IMG/VR virus record: IMGVR_UViG_3300036761_003285
Location: 1-58,224 of that record
Length of the DNA stretch: 58,224 nt
Strand: one strand, 5' to 3'
Origin: a virus
Taxonomy: Duplodnaviria > Caudoviricetes
A model generated the notes under the pieces. The model saw only the letters and a list, made by a program, of their open reading frames with translations. It did no database searches and was not told the DNA's origin. This document shows, piece by piece, positions 46,474-54,025 of this stretch (position 1 is its first letter; each line of letters begins with the position of its first letter). Both the position numbers and the translations under genes were made by a program.

Positions 46474-47262
46474 TTGAGCATTGCCCTCATAGTTCCTACC
46501 AGAAGCAGACCCGGGAATGTACGGAGATTGTTAGAGAGTGTTTTTGAGACAGCAGACAAATGCTCCAACGTCTCGGTCTATCTCGGAGTAGATGATGACG
46601 ATCCTTTCCGTGAAGAGATTGACCGTGAAGCTGCAGTGTTTGCATTCTTTGTCAACATCGTTGAAATCCACAGTGAGGGAAAGTTTCAGGGCGTCGGGAA
46701 GTTGTGGAATCTTTGTGCTAAGGAAGCGCCAGATAACATCCTTGGCCTGATTGGGGATGATGTTGTCTTCAGGACCAAAGGATGGGATACAAAAGTGCTG
46801 GCAGAATACGCCCCTGACCGATGTCCTGCTGACAACTTCAAGTTGGTCTACGGGGATGACGGAGGAATGCACGAGAAGATTTCTACGCATCCATTCATTC
46901 ACAGAAGGTACATTGACATCACCGGACACTATGTCCGTGAAGAGTTTGTAACTGATTACATTGACTTGTGGTTGTACCAGATGTATTTCTACTTCAATCG
47001 CGTGACCTATCTTCCTGATCTTGTGACGGAGCACATGCACCCCGCATGGGGCAAGGGAGAGGTAGATTGGACGATGATTCGGATGCAGCAAGCCAATCGC
47101 GAGTCTCCTTGTAAGTACAGCTGGGCCGAGATGGAGCCGCTTCGAGTCAAGGAGGCCTTTCTTATTGCCAGTGTGATAGGCGTGCAACCAGATTTCTCCA
47201 GGATAGTACCTTTCGTGATAGAACGAGGTTGGGTCAAACAAAAGAAAGGGGTAGTGGTATGA
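46474..47262 (+). CDS. GT2 glycosyltransferase
   Basis: IVPTRSRP, GVDDDDP, GDDVVF, EHMHP. Confidence 0.85.
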   Translation: MSIALIVPTRSRPGNVRRLLESVFETADKCSNVSVYLGVDDDDPFREEIDREAAVFAFFVNIVEIHSEGKFQGVGKLWNLCAKEAPDNILGLIGDDVVFRTKGWDTKVLAEYAPDRCPADNFKLVYGDDGGMHEKISTHPFIHRRYIDITGHYVREEFVTDYIDLWLYQMYFYFNRVTYLPDLVTEHMHPAWGKGEVDWTMIRMQQANRESPCKYSWAEMEPLRVKEAFLIASVIGVQPDFSRIVPFVIERGWVKQKKGVVV

Positions 47263-47663
47263 GACGGTTACTGTGTCTGTGTCTGTGTCTGGTCGGTCTG
47301 GCCGCGGTGGCGGAGGAGCCGCTGTTCAAAGTGGTAGGGATGGACTATCCGATGAACGGTACGGAGCAGGAGCGTCCGCTGTCCTTGGGAGTGTGCTCCT
47401 GGACGGACAAAGAGAATGACTTTTCCGTGGGCGCCTACTTCGACTTCGCGTTCATCTCTGTTCTCAAGGATCATCTGAGACTCGGAACGGGATTTGTCTT
47501 TGCCCCGACGGTGGATCGACGGGTAGACATGCGACTGGAAACGTCCCTTACGGTCCGGTTTGACTGGCTGACAGTCGGTGTTTACTATGCTCCCTTCTGG
47601 GGTTTGGTGGAAAACATTGATAACCCTTACGGCTTTCTCGTCGGCTATTCATTCAAGTTCTAG
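47259..47663 (+). CDS. Secreted beta-strand protein, possible small outer-membrane barrel
   Basis: Signal peptide MRRLLCLCLCLVGLAAVA; alternating strands; C-terminal VGYSFKF. Confidence 0.6.
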   Translation: MRRLLCLCLCLVGLAAVAEEPLFKVVGMDYPMNGTEQERPLSLGVCSWTDKENDFSVGAYFDFAFISVLKDHLRLGTGFVFAPTVDRRVDMRLETSLTVRFDWLTVGVYYAPFWGLVENIDNPYGFLVGYSFKF

Positions 47664-47671
47664 GAGGAAAA

Positions 47672-47857
47672 ATGCGGAAGAAAGTGGTGAGTGGAGATTT
47701 GTGCGGTCTGAGTGGCAACAACAGAGATCGGCGTAGGCAGTTCCGGGAGCTGGTCAAGAAGTATGGCGAAGGGAATGTCATCCGCGTCGACAATCCTGAG
47801 GCAAAGTGCAAGAACACTTTTGTCAGGATCAGGCTTCCTGTTGTTGCAGGGACATGA
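47672..47857 (+). CDS. Hypothetical protein
   Basis: AGGAGG SD; ATGA coupling. Confidence 0.6.
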   Translation: MRKKVVSGDLCGLSGNNRDRRRQFRELVKKYGEGNVIRVDNPEAKCKNTFVRIRLPVVAGT

Positions 47858-48642
47858 CCGCAGATGAGATAGTGCACCTCATCCAACTCAAACACTCTCA
47901 AGATGTAGTCGTCACTGAGTGTAAGACCGGAGCAAGCCAAGGTCGAAAGGCCGAGGGCATGCGGATTTTCGACGTTTGGGTAGTCCCTCGCTCCTATAGC
48001 ACTCCATGGATCACTGGATATGAGGTAAAGGTCGACCGATCTGATTTTGTCAATGACAATAAGTGGCCAGGTTATCTGCCATACTGCAACTACTTTTACT
48101 TTGCTTGCCCAAAGGATCTCATAGGCGTAGTGGAAGTTTCAGGAGATGCGGGGCTGATGTATGCTACGGGAAAAGGCCTGCGCGTCGTGAAGAAAGCACC
48201 TCTGCGACAGATAGAAATTCCCGATAGCATTTTCAGGTATGTGTTGATGACGCGAGTGAAGGTCACTCGATCGACTTACTACGACGAGATTGATACGGAC
48301 AAGCGAAAGTTCTTCAAGCAGTGGTTAGAAGAGAAAGAGGTCGATCATCTCCTCGGCCTACAAATCAGTCAGTCGCTGCGGCGAAGGGTCGACGAAGAAG
48401 TCCTCAAAGCACGCGAGGAGAATGAGAGACTCGAGACAAAGATCGCTACTTATTCCAGATTGAAGGAGTTCTTGATCGCGATGGGCCTCGACCTCGACAA
48501 GAGCAGTATATGGCGCGTGGAGCAGGTCATCAAGCAGAAGACAACACGTGTTCCTGATGGAATGCAATCGCGTATCACTGAACTACTGCAGCTGATGTTG
48601 GAGCTCGACGAGTTTTGTAGTGAAAAGGACCAAAGTAGATGA
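47854..48642 (+). CDS. MmcB-like PD-(D/E)xK nuclease-fold protein
   Basis: FDVW...GYEVKVDRSDF..DNKWPGYLPYCNYFYFACP. Confidence 0.8.
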   Translation: MTADEIVHLIQLKHSQDVVVTECKTGASQGRKAEGMRIFDVWVVPRSYSTPWITGYEVKVDRSDFVNDNKWPGYLPYCNYFYFACPKDLIGVVEVSGDAGLMYATGKGLRVVKKAPLRQIEIPDSIFRYVLMTRVKVTRSTYYDEIDTDKRKFFKQWLEEKEVDHLLGLQISQSLRRRVDEEVLKAREENERLETKIATYSRLKEFLIAMGLDLDKSSIWRVEQVIKQKTTRVPDGMQSRITELLQLMLELDEFCSEKDQSR

Positions 48643-49271
48643 TTTATGGCTACTTCAATTCCTGCTACTTGCTGAATCTTGAGCGAAGGTATGACAGGCT
48701 CCTCGCCGTCAAAGCCGAGTGCGCCCGAGTGGGCATTGCCTTTCGGCGAGTGATAGGCAAGATTTTCACCGAGAAGGACTATCCGCATCTTCCCCAGGAA
48801 GGGATACTCCGAGAGCGTCTGCCAGCCATTGGAAACGCCAATAGTCACAGAGAGGCCATTCGTCTGGGGAAAGAACTTAACGCAACGGCGTGCATCATCC
48901 TTGAAGATGATGCAATGTTTAGTGAAGCCTTCCCGGTGCAGATTCCAAAAATCGTAGAGTACTTGAGAGGGCACGAATGGGATCTTCTACAGTTCTGGTC
49001 CAGGCATGATCATAGTGTGAAAGTTACTAAAGAGCTCAAACGACTGACAGATGGAACTACAGGAGCTCATGCGTATGCGATTCACCGCAGATTCTTTGAC
49101 AGATTCCTCCGTGAGTTTAACCCGCCCAAAAGTGGAGGGACACTGTTTGTCGACGTCTACTTTCTCCGTCTGAAAAATGCGGTTAAACTCGCAACCGTTG
49201 ATAATCTTGTTCTGCAGCGGTCAGGATACAGTGACATTCGAGGCTGTCTTTCACACATTTCCTCGGTGTAG
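48639..49271 (+). CDS. GT25 glycosyltransferase
   Basis: YLLNLERRYDR, SH, ILEDDA, GAHAYAI, Q...YSDI. Confidence 0.85.
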   Translation: MIYGYFNSCYLLNLERRYDRLLAVKAECARVGIAFRRVIGKIFTEKDYPHLPQEGILRERLPAIGNANSHREAIRLGKELNATACIILEDDAMFSEAFPVQIPKIVEYLRGHEWDLLQFWSRHDHSVKVTKELKRLTDGTTGAHAYAIHRRFFDRFLREFNPPKSGGTLFVDVYFLRLKNAVKLATVDNLVLQRSGYSDIRGCLSHISSV

Positions 49272-49370
49272 GATATGATGAAAATTTCATGATGAGGAGC
49301 TTGATGCGGTGATGACGCGATTGTCTGATTCATGATCTGAAACGGCAACGAGCGAACACGAGGGACTCCC

Positions 49371-49604
49371 ATGAGAATAGAGCTATGGAACAGATTGAAC
49401 GTACTCCTAGACCAGGCACGCATTGAAACAGTAGTCACGGAGAGCTCCGTTGAGCACGTGATAGGATGCGATATCTGCAAAACGAAGGTTCCTACTAGAG
49501 AGATAGAAGTTCTCACTTACCAGGAGAGCCATACGTTGGTCTGTCGTACGTGCGGTAATCGACTGATGGCGCGGCTGGCAGCACTCGCCCTTGAGAAAAG
49601 TTAA
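49371..49604 (+). CDS. Small Zn-finger protein
   Basis: CDIC and CRTC; GAGGG SD. Confidence 0.55.
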   Translation: MRIELWNRLNVLLDQARIETVVTESSVEHVIGCDICKTKVPTREIEVLTYQESHTLVCRTCGNRLMARLAALALEKS

Positions 49605-49774
49605 AACAACAGATTTCTCTTTCATCAGTATTACTCTGACTTCTGTATTATACGTGTAGGCAGCATCATGAGTGTCATAGGAGTCATCAGATCATAGGCA
49701 AATCAATGAAGAAGCAGCAGAACATGGGGTGAGTAGTGGGGAAGAAGAGGGCCTCTTTAATCATGAGGTGAAGT

Positions 49775-49996
49775 ATGAGTGATTCAACCAACGGAATCGG
49801 ACCAATGGGAACCAACGGTCGCTGGCGCTACAAGGACAAGGCTCCTTGCCGAGTGCACTGTTCGGAATGCGACGCGTGGTATGATGAAGACCTCGTAACC
49901 TTCGTCAACATCGAAGAGGACATTCAGGGCCAGGACCTGATGACCTTCGAATGTCACGTCTGTAAGACACGTCAGACCAGCCATCGAGTGCGATAA
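49775..49996 (+). CDS. Small Zn-ribbon protein
   Basis: CSEC and CHVC; GAGGTG SD. Confidence 0.65.
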   Translation: MSDSTNGIGPMGTNGRWRYKDKAPCRVHCSECDAWYDEDLVTFVNIEEDIQGQDLMTFECHVCKTRQTSHRVR

Positions 49997-50036
49997 GGTC
50001 ACCCGTTACTACGTAACGGGTGAAAGTGAGTAGGAG

Positions 50037-50441
50037 TTGAAAGTGAAACCTTTTACGTCATTTCCGTACAGCTCGCCGAGAGGGCATTTGCTTGCAACAA
50101 ATTCCGGTGACGTTGCTGCCAGTAACGTTGCTCCGCAGATCGCTGTTGAGTTGTACGAGAAGTGGTATCACCTCTTCGTGATTTTTCCAGGAGGGAGGGT
50201 CGAGACATTTGCTTCTAGCCTGTACGAAAATGGGTTCCTGAAGGAGTTTCCGGGCCAGTCAGCTTTCGGTGATCATATCTTCAATCCGCTCTTTGTCCTG
50301 TATCTAGCCAAAGTGCTTGGGTATGAAGTGGCAGCCCTCAGTCTGGAACTGCTGATCGGTCGATGGGAGCTGGAGGGCAAACGGTCGTACCCAGCCGGGC
50401 CAGAGGCACTCGACAAAGCTAAAGAGGGACAGCGTGAGTGA
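50037..50441 (+). CDS. Hypothetical protein
   Basis: ORF coupled to next gene; AGGAG nearby. Confidence 0.6.
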   Translation: MKVKPFTSFPYSSPRGHLLATNSGDVAASNVAPQIAVELYEKWYHLFVIFPGGRVETFASSLYENGFLKEFPGQSAFGDHIFNPLFVLYLAKVLGYEVAALSLELLIGRWELEGKRSYPAGPEALDKAKEGQRE

Positions 50442-50667
50442 TCTCCTCGCAAACGCAATGGCGGAATACATGGAACGCGTATTGCCCGCCCAAGCGGGGC
50501 CTGAACAGGTTCAGGAAACTCGAAGGGCGTTCTACGCCGGGGCCTTTTCGATTCTGTCAATTTTCAACGCAATGCCTGAAGACGACAAAGTAATCGAAGA
50601 AGAGATTGCCGGGCTTGCACAAGAGGTCAAAGAATTTCTTGAGAAAGTCAAACGAGGTCAAGCATGA
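50434..50667 (+). CDS. Conserved-type small phage protein
   Basis: QVQETRRAFYAGA motif. Confidence 0.7.
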   Translation: MSDLLANAMAEYMERVLPAQAGPEQVQETRRAFYAGAFSILSIFNAMPEDDKVIEEEIAGLAQEVKEFLEKVKRGQA

Positions 50668-50870
50668 GTGAGGTACTGCCTCTCTTGGAATCCATTGCCA
50701 CAGAGCTCTCCCGTCAGTGGGGCTTACTCGGTCTTCGCATGACTCAGCTTCGTAAGGGGAAGATCGCTACGGAGAAGTTCCGTGCAGATTCGAGAGTGGC
50801 AATCGACGAGATAAACCTGCTAACAAAGCAGTTTCATGATCAGTTACGAGAACAACGAGAAGGGATGTAG
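50664..50870 (+). CDS. Hypothetical protein
   Basis: ATGA coupling; GAGG SD. Confidence 0.6.
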   Translation: MSEVLPLLESIATELSRQWGLLGLRMTQLRKGKIATEKFRADSRVAIDEINLLTKQFHDQLREQREGM

Positions 50871-51340
50871 TGCGAACTGAAGAAATTTCCTTTCAGACGC
50901 CCTGTCCTGCGTGCAAAAGCACAAATGGATGGAAGGAGACAATGCCGGCGGGCTGTCTGTTTGGAATCTTCCGCAGGTGTTCATGCGGATGGTCAAAGCA
51001 GGTCTCGGGGTCATTTTCTAGTAAAAAGCTAGCGGAGCGATACACTAAGGTTTCTGGAGGATGTGTTGCGCGATTCACAATAAGTTGTGAGAAACAGCTC
51101 TCCACTGACCTCTGTATTCATACATATGAGAGAGTCATGGAAACTCGCGGGCGAGAGGGTTGCCTCAGACGTACTACTCCGCGGCTCAAAGACCCTCTCT
51201 CGCGAGGCCGTCCGGCGATGGTATCAGGATTACTGGGAGCAGCAAACGACGAAGTGGCTTCGAGGAGAGATCATCAGTACTTCCGAGCGCATCGTGTGCC
51301 GGTCGGAGATTGGAGCTCAACTTCGGGAGTGGGAAGATAG
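50870..51340 (+). CDS. Hypothetical Zn-ribbon protein (3' half overlaps next ORF; uncertain)
   Basis: TAGTG coupling; CPAC...CSC. Confidence 0.35.
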   Translation: MRTEEISFQTPCPACKSTNGWKETMPAGCLFGIFRRCSCGWSKQVSGSFSSKKLAERYTKVSGGCVARFTISCEKQLSTDLCIHTYERVMETRGREGCLRRTTPRLKDPLSRGRPAMVSGLLGAANDEVASRRDHQYFRAHRVPVGDWSSTSGVGR

Positions 51341-51479
51341 CGGATTCGAAATTGAGGGGTTCAATCCCAAGCGGAACAACAATCTGCCCGATGAGGTTGC
51401 GTGGGAGGTAGCAATGGGTCTACCTCAGCTCACGAAGAAGATGATCAAACGTGCTAGGGAGAGGGAAGCCTTACAGTGA
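51126..51479 (+). CDS. Hypothetical protein
   Basis: Protein-like composition; GTGA coupling to next gene. Confidence 0.5.
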   Translation: MRESWKLAGERVASDVLLRGSKTLSREAVRRWYQDYWEQQTTKWLRGEIISTSERIVCRSEIGAQLREWEDSGFEIEGFNPKRNNNLPDEVAWEVAMGLPQLTKKMIKRAREREALQ

Positions 51480-51847
51480 AAATCATTCACAAAGGTCGCA
51501 AGGTACAGATCCAGGCCTGGCGGTGCATCGTCAAGGAAAAGTTTATTGAGGCCTATCAGTTCAATACTGTCGAGAAGTACCCGTGTCCTGAAGGATACAG
51601 CGACTGTGCAGTGTTTATTGGAGTGGGGGAGGGGAGCCCAGACTTTACCCGAGTGGCGCCCGCACCTGATACTGAGATTAGATTCAAAGTGCGTTGGGGG
51701 TGGTCGGTGTATGCCACCGGTAACGGCCGCTACAGCTTTACGGTCTTCTACGTGAAGTCCAAGCACAACATTGCCACTCCACACTGGCACTTTCCTCGGG
51801 TGTACTCGTCAAAGCGGCTAATTCCATTTGATCCACATCATGGATAA
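51476..51847 (+). CDS. Hypothetical protein
   Basis: Coupled ORF with GAGGG SD. Confidence 0.55.
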   Translation: MKIIHKGRKVQIQAWRCIVKEKFIEAYQFNTVEKYPCPEGYSDCAVFIGVGEGSPDFTRVAPAPDTEIRFKVRWGWSVYATGNGRYSFTVFYVKSKHNIATPHWHFPRVYSSKRLIPFDPHHG

Positions 51848-51855
51848 GGAGGTAG

Positions 51856-52176
51856 ATGATGAACCGAAAGAGCGAAATCACCGGCCTCCGCAGTACAGGT
51901 ACGGTCTTCATCGACGGAGTAGAGCTGAGTCCTGCACGATCTCAAGCAGTTTACAACCACTCTCCTGACGGATTCAATTGGGGCTATGGTGGCAGCGGGC
52001 CGGCACAGTTGGCCTTGGCTTTGTTGCTGGAGGCGACGGACAAGTTCAATTCTCAGCGGTACTATCAAGACTTCAAGTTCGCTGTTGTGTCTCATTTAGA
52101 CGAGAACTTTGTCTTGCAGGCGTCAGTAATCTACGACTGGTTGGAAAAGAGGAAGACAGAAGATGGCCGATTCTGA
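51856..52176 (+). CDS. DUF6166-like protein
   Basis: NHSPDGFNWGYGGSGPAQLALALL; AGGAGG SD. Confidence 0.8.
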   Translation: MMNRKSEITGLRSTGTVFIDGVELSPARSQAVYNHSPDGFNWGYGGSGPAQLALALLLEATDKFNSQRYYQDFKFAVVSHLDENFVLQASVIYDWLEKRKTEDGRF

Positions 52177-52549
52177 TAATGTTTGTCACAGATTGCCGCC
52201 GAAAGAGATCTATGATGTCCTCCACGCAGCCGAAGAAAAAGGTATCGAGTTGCCTAAGAGTGTCGAGCTCTGGTGGGAACTCGAGACTGATATGGGGCAA
52301 GGCCTGACGAAAGAACAAGCCGAAGTACAGGCCCAGCACCCGGATTACACAGTGGTCTATCTGGCAATCTGCGGGTGGCAATCGGCACTGATGACTTGGA
52401 CTCTGGCAGAGGGTCCCGGAGGTGGATTCTACGAGCCTTTTACAACAGGACTGGGGCCATACGGCCACAATGACAAGGGTCGACAGCGGGCAGTCGCTGA
52501 GGCAAAACAATGGGCAGAAGATGAAGGCATTCAGTATAAGGGGCCATGA
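52163..52549 (+). CDS. Hypothetical protein
   Basis: Coupled ORF; GFYEPFTTG.G.Y...EAKQWAEDEGI. Confidence 0.65.
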   Translation: MADSDNVCHRLPPKEIYDVLHAAEEKGIELPKSVELWWELETDMGQGLTKEQAEVQAQHPDYTVVYLAICGWQSALMTWTLAEGPGGGFYEPFTTGLGPYGHNDKGRQRAVAEAKQWAEDEGIQYKGP

Positions 52550-52959
52550 TGAAAATTGCGATGTTAGTTGACTTCATGGGGTCGGGAGAGAAAACTGCTG
52601 AGGACGAGTATGACGAGATAGAAGAGAAGTTCTCGGATGTTCTTGGCAAAGAGAATACGTTCATTCGGCAGGTGCGGCCTGATGAGCTTTCGAACAACCC
52701 TGTAGACGTCTATGTCTTTGATTTTGGTGGCTTGCTCCCCGGGGTTTCTTCCCTAATAAATTCCTATCACAGAGAACTGGCCAAGCAAGTTGAGGACCAC
52801 CCCAACACGCTGTTCGTCATCTGGAGTTCTTTCACAGGTAACGAGTACAATCAATTTCTCTGTGAGGAAGCCCAAGAACGGGTAGGAAAGCAGCACAATC
52901 TGATCGTCTGTAACGGGATGGATGATGAACTCGTTGAGAGGCTGAAGCATCTGAAATGA
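52546..52959 (+). CDS. Hypothetical alpha/beta protein
   Basis: ATGA coupling; DVYVFDFGGL. Confidence 0.65.
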   Translation: MMKIAMLVDFMGSGEKTAEDEYDEIEEKFSDVLGKENTFIRQVRPDELSNNPVDVYVFDFGGLLPGVSSLINSYHRELAKQVEDHPNTLFVIWSSFTGNEYNQFLCEEAQERVGKQHNLIVCNGMDDELVERLKHLK

Positions 52960-53702
52960 GTTCGCCCCTTCGAAAATTCGTGATGAAAGCAGACGTCACT
53001 TTCTGGGCTGCGTCTACAGGTGATGCGCTGAAGAAGTTGAGAGATCACTTTGACTTTGCCTTTGCCGGCGAAGACAGCGGATTGCTCGAGTCCGGTACTA
53101 TCATCGTTGGTGAACCGGGTCAGCTAGAAAGTGATGTTCCGCCATCTGGAGACAAGGCTTTATCAAGGAGTCTTCTCCTGGACGGAGGTGAGGCGGTTGG
53201 ACGGCTCTGTGCGTGTTGCCACAAGCGGGCACCGTTTCCTGGGTGGACGATCTGCGAGGAATGTCGGCAAGAAAACGTGCCGGAAAGATGTGATATGCCC
53301 CACCCCCGCCAAGGGAGGAGCACCGCCATGAGTGAAAGAATCTTTTGCAAGTATCTGGTCAAAGGCAACGCACCAGACAGTCCTGATTATGATTGTGAAC
53401 TCGGGATCGGAGATGATTGTGACGACTGTCCACTTGAACAGGCCAACCGACAACTCGCCGCCGTGACGGCAGCGCGGGACCACCTACTGGCTAGAGTTGC
53501 CAGCGACAAAGAAGCGCTAGACCGCAAGGACGCAATGCTGGATTCCATGACGGAGGAGAACGCCCGGATGCGGAAGGGGCTAGAGGAAGTGAGGGAGAAA
53601 TTTGATCCCGCATTGGGCACCACGCCCGACTTGTCTGACCTGGTGGACATAGAGGAAAGCGTTGACCGAGCCCTCGCCCCGGCTGAGGCGGGGAAGGGAT
53701 GA
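52956..53702 (+). CDS. Hypothetical composite protein
   Basis: Two Cys clusters plus coiled coil; internal SD-ATG at 53328. Confidence 0.55.
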   Translation: MSSPLRKFVMKADVTFWAASTGDALKKLRDHFDFAFAGEDSGLLESGTIIVGEPGQLESDVPPSGDKALSRSLLLDGGEAVGRLCACCHKRAPFPGWTICEECRQENVPERCDMPHPRQGRSTAMSERIFCKYLVKGNAPDSPDYDCELGIGDDCDDCPLEQANRQLAAVTAARDHLLARVASDKEALDRKDAMLDSMTEENARMRKGLEEVREKFDPALGTTPDLSDLVDIEESVDRALAPAEAGKG

Positions 53703-53712
53703 AAGAAGAAAG

Positions 53713-53931
53713 ATGAGTAAAGCTGCATACACGTTGGATGAGGTCAGATTTGATGTCCGTGATGAGAAGTTGACTAAGGTTTATGCGTTTGTCACTGCAA
53801 AAGGAGATTGCCCGCACAATTTTCAGGGGTGGCATCACAGGACCTTTCCCTCAAGCATGACGGTTCAGGAAATTGTGAATGTGCATTTGATGGACTTCAT
53901 TTGTTGGCCTTTGCAAGCTCCCAAAGAGTGA
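53713..53931 (+). CDS. Hypothetical protein
   Basis: Purine-rich leader; last gene before the AT-rich spacer. Confidence 0.55.
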   Translation: MSKAAYTLDEVRFDVRDEKLTKVYAFVTAKGDCPHNFQGWHHRTFPSSMTVQEIVNVHLMDFICWPLQAPKE

Positions 53932-53955
53932 TTCTCCTTCACTCTCCAGAATAGT

Positions 53956-53984
53956 TTGCTTTACTTCATCAGTTTTTGTATAAC
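53956..53984 (+). promoter_or_regulatory. Putative promoter
   Basis: TTGCTT - 17 nt - TATAAC in AT-rich gap; AAGGAG SD downstream. Confidence 0.5.
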
Positions 53985-54025
53985 ACCATTCGGATAACTG
54001 CTGTATTTGAAGGAGTTGGTCTTCG

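Noticed and set aside
47271-47291. (CTGTGT)3 microsatellite as a phase-variation switch
   Set aside because: Only three copies, and a 6-nt unit preserves the frame; it encodes the signal peptide core.
49272-49774. tRNA or structured ncRNA in the larger gaps (also 22674-22861, 56798-56884)
   Set aside because: No cloverleaf or T-loop signature recognised by eye; a covariance search would be needed to exclude ncRNA.
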